NCBI GenBank assembly: GCA_031460175.1
Contig: JAVKGW010000004.1
Location: 59,303-123,302, forward strand
Source of the DNA: Candidatus Sysuimicrobium tengchongense
GTDB lineage: Bacteria > Sysuimicrobiota > Sysuimicrobiia > Sysuimicrobiales > Sysuimicrobiaceae
Direction: 5' to 3'
DNA length: 64,000 bases
The position numbers and the translations under genes are program-made. Position 1 is the stretch's first letter; each line of letters starts with the position of its first letter. The notes below the pieces were generated by a model, which saw only the letters and a list, made by a program, of their open reading frames with translations, was not told where the DNA came from and did not search any database. Shown here in pieces: positions 16,625 through 27,974 of this stretch.

Positions 16625-17577
16625 GTCCGCGGAAGCCTCAGGGTGCTGACCGCGCTTGCCCCTCCCGCGATCCCGACCCCGCCTGCCAGGAGCACCGCGG
16701 CCAGGAGGGGGATCGCATCCCTCGGGGGAACCACGGGCCAGATGGGCCAGGAGGCCGTGAGCATCCGCACCCCAAGGACGTACCCCACCCCCAACACCCC
16801 CAGGGCCAGCAACGCGGCCACCCCGCCGTGGAGGATTCCCTCCACGAGGAAGGGAGCCCGGATGAAGCCCTCCGTGGCGCCCACCAGCCGCATGATCTCG
16901 ATCTCCGGCCGCCGGGCGTGGATGGCGAGGCGCAGGGTGTTCATGATCACCACCACGGCCACCACCCCCAATACCGCGGTAGCCCCTCCCCCTGCCCACC
17001 GCACCAGGCGGGATGCCGCCAGCACCCGGTCCACCACGTCCCCGCCGTGGACCACCTCCTCGACCCCGGGGACGGATCGGAGGGCCCGGACGATCCGTGG
17101 GAGATCCCCGGGTCTAGATGGGTACACCTCGAGGGTGTCCGGGAGCGGGTTGGTCCGCACCAGGTCCCGCAGATCCACCCCCAGGGATTCCTGGAGCCGG
17201 CGCAGGGCCTCCTCCCTCGTGACGAAGACGACCCGATGGCCCACGCGTTCCGCAGCCTCCACCGCCTTCCGGACCTCTCCGGGGCTCAGCCCCTCCCGGA
17301 GGTAGGCCACCGCCACCAGCTGTCCCTCCACGTGGGCGGCCAGAAGCCGGAGATTGAGGAGCACCAGGAACGAGCTCCCCAGAGCGAGGAGGGCGGCCAT
17401 GAGGGTGGTCATGGAGGCCACGCTCATGGCCGCGTGCCGCCGGACCCCCTGCCATCCGGCCTCCAGGGCGTAACCCGCGGTGGCGAGGACCGCAGCCGCC
17501 CGTTGCCGGAACCCCGGGGACACGGGCTCCTCGACGACACCGATCCACGGGGGCTCACGGACGCCCGAGGTATTCAC
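16621..17577 (-). CDS. ftsX: Cell division ABC transporter permease FtsX
   Basis: The translation has four TM segments and a periplasmic loop. It directly follows ftsE. Confidence 0.85.
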   Translation of the reverse strand: MNTSGVREPPWIGVVEEPVSPGFRQRAAAVLATAGYALEAGWQGVRRHAAMSVASMTTLMAALLALGSSFLVLLNLRLLAAHVEGQLVAVAYLREGLSPGEVRKAVEAAERVGHRVVFVTREEALRRLQESLGVDLRDLVRTNPLPDTLEVYPSRPGDLPRIVRALRSVPGVEEVVHGGDVVDRVLAASRLVRWAGGGATAVLGVVAVVVIMNTLRLAIHARRPEIEIMRLVGATEGFIRAPFLVEGILHGGVAALLALGVLGVGYVLGVRMLTASWPIWPVVPPRDAIPLLAAVLLAGGVGIAGGASAVSTLRLPRT

Positions 17578-18247
17578 CCCACGCCTCGTCCCGAACGACC
17601 CGGCCCTCGCAGAGCTCCACGACCCGGCGGCGGAGGATGTCCACGAGGAGGCGGTTGTGGGTGGCCATCACCACCGTGGTGCCGTGGAGGTGGATGCGCA
17701 CCAGCAGCCGCATGATTTCCCACGAGGTCTCCGGGTCCAGGTTCCCCGTGGGCTCGTCCGCGAGCAGGAGTCCCGGCCGCAGGGCGATGGCCCGGGCGAT
17801 GGCCACCCGCTGCTGCTCCCCTCCCGAGAGCTCGTGGGGGAAGGCATCCGCCCGGTCCAGTAGCCCCACCGTCTCCAGGGCCCACCGGATCCGGGAAGGG
17901 ATCCACCCGGGAGGCACTCCCGTCACCCGGAGGGCGAACCCCACATTCTCGGCCACGGTCCGGTCCCGGAGCAGCTTGAAGTCCTGGAACACCACCCCGA
18001 TCCGGCGCCGGAGGCCGGGCACCTCCCGGGGCCGCAGCCGGTTGACCTCCACCCCGCCCACCCACACGGTGCCCTCCGTAGGGACCTCCGCCCGGTACAG
18101 GAGCCGCAGGAGGGTGGACTTCCCGGCCCCAGAGGCCCCCACCAGGAAGACGAACTCCCCCGGCTCGATGGAGAGGGAGACCCCCCGGAGGGCTGCGACG
18201 CCGTTCGGATACACCTTCGTGACGTTCTGGAGGACGACGCGTGCCAT
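17555..18247 (-). CDS. ftsE: Cell division ABC transporter ATP-binding protein FtsE
   Basis: The Walker A motif GASGAGKST, the LSGGEQQR signature and Walker B LLADEP are present. Confidence 0.9.
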   Translation of the reverse strand: MARVVLQNVTKVYPNGVAALRGVSLSIEPGEFVFLVGASGAGKSTLLRLLYRAEVPTEGTVWVGGVEVNRLRPREVPGLRRRIGVVFQDFKLLRDRTVAENVGFALRVTGVPPGWIPSRIRWALETVGLLDRADAFPHELSGGEQQRVAIARAIALRPGLLLADEPTGNLDPETSWEIMRLLVRIHLHGTTVVMATHNRLLVDILRRRVVELCEGRVVRDEAWGEYLGRP

Positions 18248-18291
18248 GGTTCTCCGGATCTCCGTACGGCACCCTTCTGTTTGAGTTATCC

Positions 18292-18309
18292 GGGAATTCC
18301 CGAAATTCC
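18292..18309. promoter_or_regulatory. Perfect 10-bp palindrome GGGAATTCCC followed by the half-site repeat GAAATTCC, upstream of ftsE
   Basis: The palindrome and repeat are read directly from the sequence at 18292-18309. This is a candidate regulator-binding site. Confidence 0.25.
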
Positions 18310-18359
18310 TCTCGTAGGGGGGTTGGGGAATTTGGGCTCTGATCCCGCCCGCAGCCCCG

Positions 18360-18677
18360 TCAGCGGGCGGCCACGGAGTCCACCAGCCAGGCGAGGTAGT
18401 CGGGGTTCCCCCCCTCGATGGGGAGGGCCACCACCTCGGGCACCGTGTAGCTGTGGAGGGCCCGGACCCGGTCCACGAGGGCGGGAAGGCGCTCCCGGGT
18501 GGTCTTCACCAGCAGCAGGGACTCCTCCGCCTCCTCCACCGCGCCCTTCCACCAGTAGATGGAGTGGAGGCCATGGAGGAGGTTCACGCAGGCCGCGAGG
18601 CGCTCGTGGACCAGGGTCCGGGCGATGCGCAGGGCTTCCTCCTTCGTGGCGCAGGTGATGAGGCAAACGAGGTGCAT
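18360..18677 (-). CDS. cutA: Divalent-cation tolerance protein CutA
   Basis: The protein is 105 aa and its translation is CutA1-like (LVHERLAACVN...YWWKGAVEEAEE...). Confidence 0.85.
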   Translation of the reverse strand: MHLVCLITCATKEEALRIARTLVHERLAACVNLLHGLHSIYWWKGAVEEAEESLLLVKTTRERLPALVDRVRALHSYTVPEVVALPIEGGNPDYLAWLVDSVAAR

Positions 18678-19895
18678 CTAGTCCTGCTCCCGCCACCAGT
18701 CCGCGGAGACGTCCCGCCCCTTGAACACCCGTACCGTGGGTTTGGCGGGTGCTCCGGCCCGCTCCCGGGCAACCCGGGAGCGGAGCGCCTCGTACTCCCG
18801 GAGGTCCGTGAGGACCTTGATGGTGTTCCAGATCGCCTCCTCCAGCTGGCCCGCGCCCTTCGTGAGCAGGGCGAGCAGGGGCTCGATCACGCTCTTGTCG
18901 TGGAGCTTCCCCAGGAGCTTGATGGCGATCCGGCGCACGTCCAGGTCCTCGTCCTCCAGCAGCCGCAGCAGCTCCTCTTTCGACCGGGCTCCCGCCACGT
19001 CGAACAGGGCCCGCATGGCGAACTTCCGCACCTTGGGGTTCGGATGTCCCAGGGCGGCCCGGAGGCTCTCCTCCGTCTGGGGGGAGGCCAGCTTGCGGAA
19101 CGCGGCGGCCACCTGCGGCGGCAGCTGCGCCTCCCGGTCCCCGTGGGGGGGCTCGATCACGCCCCGCTCCTCCAGGCGGGGCAGATGGTTCACCACCGCC
19201 TCCTGCATCCGGCCATCCGCGAGGAACAGGCGGACGAGGGGTTCCACCACCCGCTCGTCCCCCAGCCGGCACAGCAGGGCGATGGCGGACTCCCGGATGT
19301 GGACGTTCTCGTCCTGGAGGGCCGCGAGCAGCGGCTCCACCGCCCGACCGCGGAGGTCCATGATGATGCGCAGGGCCAGGTTCTGCACCCGGCGCCGGCT
19401 GCCGCGGTCCCGGAGGGTTTCCAGAAGCGGCCGGACCGCGGCGGGACCGACGCGCTTGAGGGCGTCCACGGCCGCGGTCTGCAGGTTCCGCTCGCGCCTG
19501 CCCAGCACCCGGACCAGGCCGGCGACCGCCCCGGGATCGGGGGCCTGCAGGATCTGGTTGAGGGCCTCCTGCACCACCTGTTCGGACCGGTCTCCCAGGG
19601 CGAACCGGATGCCCTCCAGGGCCCGGGGATCCCGGTGCCGCAGGCGTCCCAAGGCGTGCACCGCGCTCTTGCGCACGTACTCGTCGGGGTCGTCCAGGAT
19701 GCGGCTGAGGGCCTCGATGGCCCGTCCCACGAGTTCCGCGGGCGCTTCGGGAGCCTCCAGCTTGCCCAAGGTGAGGGCCGCGTCGCTGCGCACCGCCGCA
19801 TCGGGGCTCCGCAGGTTCTCCAACGCGCGTCCGACCATCGCTTCCCAGTTGGCCATCGAGATCGTCCTCCTTTGGGCCTGATCCCATTCTCGCAC
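18678..19895 (-). CDS. HEAT-repeat (PBS lyase-like) protein
   Basis: The translation shows repeated (E/D)xxVRxxAxxALGxL-type HEAT units. The real start may be the internal ATG near 19856 (MANWEAMVGR). Confidence 0.7.
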   Translation of the reverse strand: MREWDQAQRRTISMANWEAMVGRALENLRSPDAAVRSDAALTLGKLEAPEAPAELVGRAIEALSRILDDPDEYVRKSAVHALGRLRHRDPRALEGIRFALGDRSEQVVQEALNQILQAPDPGAVAGLVRVLGRRERNLQTAAVDALKRVGPAAVRPLLETLRDRGSRRRVQNLALRIIMDLRGRAVEPLLAALQDENVHIRESAIALLCRLGDERVVEPLVRLFLADGRMQEAVVNHLPRLEERGVIEPPHGDREAQLPPQVAAAFRKLASPQTEESLRAALGHPNPKVRKFAMRALFDVAGARSKEELLRLLEDEDLDVRRIAIKLLGKLHDKSVIEPLLALLTKGAGQLEEAIWNTIKVLTDLREYEALRSRVARERAGAPAKPTVRVFKGRDVSADWWREQD

Positions 19896-19954
19896 GGGTC
19901 CTTCCCGCTAGGCAAACGCCCTTCGGTTGCAAGGAGGCCCGCGCCCGGGTACAT

Positions 19955-20317
19955 ATGGGAGGGGTGAGCCCTGTGGCTTCTGCGCCGAGCCGGACCACAC
20001 CGCCCAAGTTCGCGAACGCCGTGGAGGCGGAGTTCGCCCGGATCCTGGATTACTACGGGATCCGGTGGGAGTACGAGCCCCGCTCCTTCGTCCTCTCCTG
20101 GGACGAGGAGGGACGTCCCAAGGAGCGGTTCACCCCCGATTTCTACCTCCCGGACTTCGACCTCTACATCGAGCTCACCACCCTCAAGCAGCGGCTGGTG
20201 ACCCGCAAGAACCGCAAGCTCCGGCGGCTGCGGGCCCTCTACCCGGAGGTCCGGATCCAGCTGTGGTACGCCCGGGACGTCCGCAACCTCCTCCGCAAGT
20301 ACGGCATCGTCTCATGA
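19955..20317 (+). CDS. Small hypothetical protein with a PD-(D/E)XK/Vsr-DUF559-like pattern
   Basis: The translation reads ...RWEYEP...RFTPDFYLPDFDLYIELTTLKQ...RKNRKL... Its stop overlaps the hpt start (ATGA). Confidence 0.5.
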   Translation: MGGVSPVASAPSRTTPPKFANAVEAEFARILDYYGIRWEYEPRSFVLSWDEEGRPKERFTPDFYLPDFDLYIELTTLKQRLVTRKNRKLRRLRALYPEVRIQLWYARDVRNLLRKYGIVS

Positions 20318-20873
20318 GCGCGCATCTGGAAGCAGACATCTCCGAAATCCTGATCCCCCCCGATCGGCTTCAGGAGCGCGTCCAGGAGCTTGCCCGGCAG
20401 ATCGAGCGGGACTACGCGGACCTCCGCCCCGTCCTGGTGGGGGTCCTCCGCGGCTCCGTATACTTCCTCACAGATCTCACCCGCCACCTCCGCATCCCAC
20501 ACGAGATCGACTTCATGGCCATCGCCGCCTATGGAACCCGCCACGCCACCACGGGGGCCGTGCGCCTCCTCAAGGACCTGGAGGACGAGATCACGGATCG
20601 CCACGTGATCCTGGTGGAGGACATCGTGGACACCGGCCTCACCGCAGCATACCTCACGCGCCTGCTGCGCGCCCGCAAGCCTGCCAGCTTCACCATCTGC
20701 GTCCTCCTGGACAAGCGGGCCCGCCGGATCGCGGAGGACCTCCCCTTGGGATACATCGGATTCGAGATCCCCGACCGGTTCGTGGTCGGCTACGGGCTGG
20801 ACTTCCGCCAGCTGTACCGGAACCTGCCGTACGTGGGCGTGCTGCGGGAAGAGGTCCTCGCCCAGGAGCCCCC

Positions 20874-20886
<13 letters not shown>
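20314..20886 (+). CDS. hpt: Hypoxanthine-guanine phosphoribosyltransferase
   Basis: The PRPP-binding motif [13 protein letters not shown] is present. The ATG at 20314 lies within ORF 19927..20886. Confidence 0.9.
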
Positions 20887-23339
<2,453 letters not shown>

Positions 23340-23477
23340 CTGCTCCCTGCCCTTCTCCCCTCACCGGATCCCTCCACCAAATCTCCCGATCCTTCCCCTC
23401 CCTTGCATTCCGCGTGCCGGTTCCGGACCCCTCATCCGGAGAAACGAGCCCGGTGGTCTGTTTCTGCCCGCTGCTCC

Positions 23478-23507
23478 AAAACAGAAACCGCCGGAGTTCC
23501 CGGCGGC
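23478..23507 (-). terminator. Intrinsic terminator after greA: hairpin GCCGCCGG-GAACT-CCGGCGGT followed by TTTCTGTTTT (minus-strand sense)
   Basis: The inverted repeat and U-rich tract lie 30 nt downstream of the greA stop. Confidence 0.5.
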
Positions 23508-23536
23508 AGGACCCTCCCCTCCACATCCCCGTGTCC

Positions 23537-24013
23537 TCAGGTCAGGATCTGGACGACCTCGTAGACCGCCCTGCCGCCGGGGGTCTGAACCTCCACCACC
23601 TCTCCGGGACGTCGCCCGAGCACGGCCTGCCCCACCGGGGACTTGTGGGAGATCCGGTTCTGCGCGGGATCCGCCTCCGCAGACCCCACGATCTGGAACT
23701 CGAACTCCTCGCCCGTGCCGAGCTCCCGCAGCCGCACCCGCGAACCGATCTCCACGGTGCCGTTGGAACCGTTCTCCGCGATCACCCGGGCGTTCCGGAG
23801 CAGCGTCTCCAGCTCCCGGATCCTCCCCTCCACGAACGCCTGCTCGTTCTTCGCGTCCTCGTACTCCGAGTTCTCGCTGAGATCCCCGAACTCCTTGGCC
23901 TGCCGGATCCGCTCGGCCACCTCGCGGCGCCGGACCGTCTTGAGGTACTCCAGCTCCTCCTCCAACTTCCTGAACCCGATGGGCGTAAGGAAGATCTCCT
24001 CCATCCGCGTCAC
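23537..24013 (-). CDS. greA: Transcription elongation factor GreA
   Basis: The protein is 158 aa and shows typical GreA blocks (LTPIGFRKLEEELE...SENSEYEDAKNEQAF). Confidence 0.9.
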   Translation of the reverse strand: MTRMEEIFLTPIGFRKLEEELEYLKTVRRREVAERIRQAKEFGDLSENSEYEDAKNEQAFVEGRIRELETLLRNARVIAENGSNGTVEIGSRVRLRELGTGEEFEFQIVGSAEADPAQNRISHKSPVGQAVLGRRPGEVVEVQTPGGRAVYEVVQILT

Positions 24014-24014
24014 C

Positions 24015-25190
24015 TCACCCGGAAAAGAAACACCGTGGACGATCCTCGCCCACAGTGTCGCCGTTGCCCCCGGTGGACCGGGCTGCCCCCATTATAGGGG
24101 ACCGGGAAGATCCTGCCAAGCCCACCCCCCGGGCCCGATCCCGGATGCGATCCACCTCCTCGTCGGGGAGGGTCCGCTCCAGCCGGCGGAAGGCCGCGAG
24201 GCGGAACCCGTGCTTGTCCGCCAGCCGCGCGATCTCCTGGACCTGCTCCACCGTGAGATCCCGCCCCAGGCTGAAGTTCTCGTAGCGGCCCTCCAAGGCG
24301 AGGATCATGGTCTCCGCCATGCAGGCCTCACAGGTGCCCGGCGGATACCCGAAATCGAACCCGAACTCCGCCTCCCCCGGAACCTCGATCACGCTCCCGT
24401 CGATGACCAGCACGTCGTCCCGGTGCTGGTACACAGCCGGGGAGACGTTTCGGGGCCGTGCCACGTCGCACACCACGGCTCCGGGCTTGAGGTCCTCGGG
24501 CTCGATGAGGACCCGGGGGGCGCTCGTGACCGCGAGGACGATGTCCGCATCCGCCACCCCGGTGCGGGGGTCCGTGCTCACCGTCACCTCCGCGTCGGAT
24601 TCCCCCTGAATCCGCTCCCGGAGGGATTCCAGGCGCCTGCGGCTTCTGGCCACGAGCACCAGGGAGGGGACCTTGCGGGCCAGGATGCGGGCGCACACGG
24701 ATCCGATGGACCCGGTGGCGCCCACCACCGCGGCCCGGGCCTCCGAGAGGGGGATCCCCATCCGGTCCGCGGCCCGCAGGGCCCCCTCGATGGCGGTGGC
24801 GGCGGTGTAGGAGTTCCCCGTGGTGACCGCAAGCCGGGTGTTCGCGGCAACCGTCACCCCCGCGTCTCCCACCACCTTCGTGAAGGCCCCCAGGCCCAGG
24901 ATCTTCGCCCCTAACCGCTCTGCCAGCCGAGCACACTGGATGAGCCGGTGGTACACGAACCGGAGGTCGGATTCCAGCAGGGTGCGCGGGGTGAGGGGGA
25001 GCCCGATGAGCCACCCTTCCGCCCGGGAGCCGACGGGGGAGCGGATGCCCGTGATGTGGGAGAGCTCCATGGGGGGGAGGCGCTTGAAGACCTCCTCCAC
25101 CCAGCGGGGCGGAAACCACCGGGTGAAGGCAAACCGCCAGCTGAAGTGCACGGGCTCCAGCGGGTGGAGGACGAACGCGAACCGTTCCAT
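24015..25190 (-). CDS. NAD(P)-dependent oxidoreductase resembling cyanobacterial acyl-ACP reductase (AAR)
   Basis: Several blocks align by eye with AAR: FAFVLHPL, TTGNSYTAA, VAVVGATGSIGSVCARIL, AETMILALEGRYENFSLGRD, EIARLADKHGFR. The start is chosen at the internal ATG (MERFAFVL). Confidence 0.6.
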   Translation of the reverse strand: MERFAFVLHPLEPVHFSWRFAFTRWFPPRWVEEVFKRLPPMELSHITGIRSPVGSRAEGWLIGLPLTPRTLLESDLRFVYHRLIQCARLAERLGAKILGLGAFTKVVGDAGVTVAANTRLAVTTGNSYTAATAIEGALRAADRMGIPLSEARAAVVGATGSIGSVCARILARKVPSLVLVARSRRRLESLRERIQGESDAEVTVSTDPRTGVADADIVLAVTSAPRVLIEPEDLKPGAVVCDVARPRNVSPAVYQHRDDVLVIDGSVIEVPGEAEFGFDFGYPPGTCEACMAETMILALEGRYENFSLGRDLTVEQVQEIARLADKHGFRLAAFRRLERTLPDEEVDRIRDRARGVGLAGSSRSPIMGAARSTGGNGDTVGEDRPRCFFSG

Positions 25191-25215
25191 GGGGGATCCG
25201 CCCCTCCTCTCCATC

Positions 25216-26184
25216 TTAGCGCTCCATGGGCGTGGACCGCGCGGCCTCCCACACCCTCCGGAGGGGGTCGGAGCGAGGCGCGTTCAGCCAGCTCACCCGC
25301 GGCCGGAAGCCGAACCGGTGCATCCACGTCATGTACTCCTCCGGGGTGATGGTCTCCGGATCCTTCCCGGCGAACGCCACCACCAGGGCCTGGAGCACGT
25401 TGGTGGCGAAGGAACGCCCTCCGAGTTCCGGGCCCGTGGTCACCAGCAGGGCCACCCCGCGTTGCCGCAGATCCTCCACGTCCTCCGGGGTGACGGTCTG
25501 CGTCAGCACCACCCGGTCGGGGAGCTCCCGGGGCATGTAGCGCCGGATGTAGTGGAAGTCCCCGCACACCACCTCCGCCCACCGGAAGGCCCAACCGAAC
25601 CGCGGCCGGCGGCGCTCCTGCTTTTCCCCCGTGGGGTAAAACCAGCGGAAGGGCAGGCGGGAGATCACGGGGAGGAGCAGCGCCCCCAGGATCTGGACGC
25701 TGCGCAGGGAGCGTAGGGGAATCGGAAGCCCCAGAGCGAAGAGGAAGTCCCCGTACAGGACCTGCGCCCCGACCTCCGCCAGGGCCTCCGCCATCCCGTA
25801 CCGGTCCACGGAGTTCACCTGGAGCACCCTCCTCCCCCGCAGGGAGAGCCCCACCTCCCGGGGCAGGAACTCCCGCACCAGGTACCGCTCCCAGGTGTGC
25901 TTGATGCCGTTCCCGTCCACCACGGGCGTGTGCCGGACGTCCCGCACCAGGCGCACGATGTCCCGGAGGTAGTAGCGCCGGCGGCCCGTTTCCACGAAGA
26001 GATCCGCGCCTCCGATCCCGATGGCGTCCACCTTCCCGTCCAGCTCCCGGAGCCACCGGCGGAACCGTGCGTAATCTCCGTCCGTCCCGATGCGCTCGAT
26101 GCGCACAGGCTCTCCCAGGAGCACCAGCTCCACCCGGGCGTCCCGCCGGGAGGAGCCCAGGCTCAGGCTGACCACCCGCTTCAT
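25216..26184 (-). CDS. Conserved hypothetical protein (N-terminal VVSLSLGSSRRD block; family not recognised)
   Basis: The ORF is 322 aa. It lies 25 nt upstream of the AAR-like gene on the same strand. Confidence 0.5.
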   Translation of the reverse strand: MKRVVSLSLGSSRRDARVELVLLGEPVRIERIGTDGDYARFRRWLRELDGKVDAIGIGGADLFVETGRRRYYLRDIVRLVRDVRHTPVVDGNGIKHTWERYLVREFLPREVGLSLRGRRVLQVNSVDRYGMAEALAEVGAQVLYGDFLFALGLPIPLRSLRSVQILGALLLPVISRLPFRWFYPTGEKQERRRPRFGWAFRWAEVVCGDFHYIRRYMPRELPDRVVLTQTVTPEDVEDLRQRGVALLVTTGPELGGRSFATNVLQALVVAFAGKDPETITPEEYMTWMHRFGFRPRVSWLNAPRSDPLRRVWEAARSTPMER

Positions 26185-26232
26185 CCCGGGAGTAGGGTAA
26201 CACGGCTCTCCCCCCGCGGGGGGAGAGCCGGT

Positions 26233-27027
26233 TTAGGGAACGCGGAGCTCCGTGCGGTTGCGCAGGTACAGGATGCGCAGGCCCTCCAGCGTGAGGAGAG
26301 GGTCGTGGTGGTCGATGCAGGAGGCCTCGTGGAGGACGAGCTCCGCCCACCCACCGGTGGCCACCACCGTGGCCTTCCCGCCCAGCTCCGCCTTCATGCG
26401 GGCCACAATCCCCTCCACGAGGCCCACCGCGCCCCAGAAGATCCCCGCCTGCATGGCGGCCACGGTGCTGCGGCCGATGACACTTCGGGTGCGGACGAAC
26501 TCCACCCGGCGCAGCTGCGCCGCGTGCTCCACCAGGGCCTCCGCGGAGACCCCGATGCCGGGCGCGATGGCACCGCCCAGGAAATCGCCCTCCCGGGAGA
26601 CCGCGGTGAAGGTGGTGGCGGTCCCCAGATCCACCACGATGGTGGGACCTCCGTATCGGGCGTAGGCGGCCACCGCGTTGCAGATGCGATCCGCGCCGAC
26701 CTCCCGGGGGTTCTCGTACAGGATGCGCATGCCGGTCCGGATCCCCGGCCCCACCATGAGGGGCTCGCATCCGAAGTATTTCTCGCTCAGCCGCTCCATG
26801 GTATCCACCAGGGGCGGGACCACACAGGCCACCGCCACGTGCCGGACGTCCCCGGTTCGAAGGCCATGGTGGTGGAAGAGGGCACCCAGCAGCATCCCGT
26901 ACTCGTCCTCGGTCCGGGCGGGGTCCGTAGCGATCCGCCAGTGCACGACCGGAGGGCCTTCCCGCTCGGGCGGATCGTAGACCGCGGCCTTGATGAGGGT
27001 GTTGTTCACGTTGAGGGCGAGCAGCAT
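26233..27027 (-). CDS. coaX: Type III pantothenate kinase
   Basis: The N-terminus MLLALNVNNTLIKAAVY and the ASKHA fold blocks are present. Confidence 0.9.
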   Translation of the reverse strand: MLLALNVNNTLIKAAVYDPPEREGPPVVHWRIATDPARTEDEYGMLLGALFHHHGLRTGDVRHVAVACVVPPLVDTMERLSEKYFGCEPLMVGPGIRTGMRILYENPREVGADRICNAVAAYARYGGPTIVVDLGTATTFTAVSREGDFLGGAIAPGIGVSAEALVEHAAQLRRVEFVRTRSVIGRSTVAAMQAGIFWGAVGLVEGIVARMKAELGGKATVVATGGWAELVLHEASCIDHHDPLLTLEGLRILYLRNRTELRVP

Positions 27028-27028
27028 C

Positions 27029-27817
27029 CTACACCAGCCGTGCGGCCCTCAGGGCCCGGTACACGGGCACGGTCACCACCACCGCCAGCAGGGCCTCCGG
27101 GAGTCCGTGGGTGGCCCCCACCACCACCGCGGCGCCGGGGGGCATGAGCTGAGGGAACCGCAACACGATCAGTCCCAGCACCCCCACGGTATTCGTGAGC
27201 GTGCCCACCACCGCGGCCGCGGCCACGGGCGCGTGCTCGCCCCGGAGCAGGAGGTACGCCACCCCGGCCACCCCGAGCCCGCCCAGGACCGCCGCCAGGG
27301 GGTGCGGAGCTGTGGTCGAGGTCACCGCGTGGTAGAGGTTCACGAGCCAGCTCGGCTGGATCTTTCCCGCGCGGAAGGCCGCCTCGAAGGCTTTGGCACC
27401 TGGTCCCAGCACCGCATACACCGCGGCCCCACACGCCAGGCACGCGACTCCCCGGGCGGCGCGGCGGCTGAGGACCGCGAAGGCGTAGGCGGCGAGCACC
27501 CCGATGAGGATCCTCGGCCCGAAGGCGATGAGGGGATCCTTGAAGAAGGGGAGGGTGGCGCGGCTGAAGCTGAAGAAGCCGAACACCGCCCCCACCAGTG
27601 CCCCGGCGGCTGGACCCCGCGCGATGCCCGCGAGGATGGCGGGGAGATGCATGGTGGTGGCGGCTCCCGCCGGCGTGGGCGCGGGGATGAAGCCGATCCC
27701 GGGGACGAGGCCCATGACCGCGCTGATGGCCCCCAGGACCCCAACCACGGTGAGATCCCGGGTCTGCAAACGAAACCCCCTCCGCAGCTGCGGAGAGGGC
27801 AGGTCTCCTGCACCCAT
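27029..27817 (-). CDS. Integral membrane protein, possibly an ECF-transporter S component (substrate unknown; adjacency to coaX suggests pantothenate)
   Basis: The translation has multiple TM helices and is Gly/Ala-rich. It is 1 nt from the coaX start. The start codon is uncertain. Confidence 0.45.
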   Translation of the reverse strand: MGAGDLPSPQLRRGFRLQTRDLTVVGVLGAISAVMGLVPGIGFIPAPTPAGAATTMHLPAILAGIARGPAAGALVGAVFGFFSFSRATLPFFKDPLIAFGPRILIGVLAAYAFAVLSRRAARGVACLACGAAVYAVLGPGAKAFEAAFRAGKIQPSWLVNLYHAVTSTTAPHPLAAVLGGLGVAGVAYLLLRGEHAPVAAAAVVGTLTNTVGVLGLIVLRFPQLMPPGAAVVVGATHGLPEALLAVVVTVPVYRALRAARLV

Positions 27818-27974
27818 GCTGCACCTCCGTTCCAGTCTGGATCTTCCAGTACCGGACGGACCGAATCTCCTTCGGTTCGCCGGGTCCGGCTCCTCCGGGA
27901 GGATGCCGGCCAGTTCAGACTAAACCATACCACACCATACCACCGGAATCAGGGGTTGAGCAAGACCGCGGGCT

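Noticed and set aside
27818-27974. Possible TPP riboswitch, from a CCCUGAU...GGU resemblance.
   Set aside because: The conserved TPP elements (CUGAGA, ACCUGAUCUGGAUAAUGCCAGCG) are not present. It was downgraded to an unclassified structured leader.
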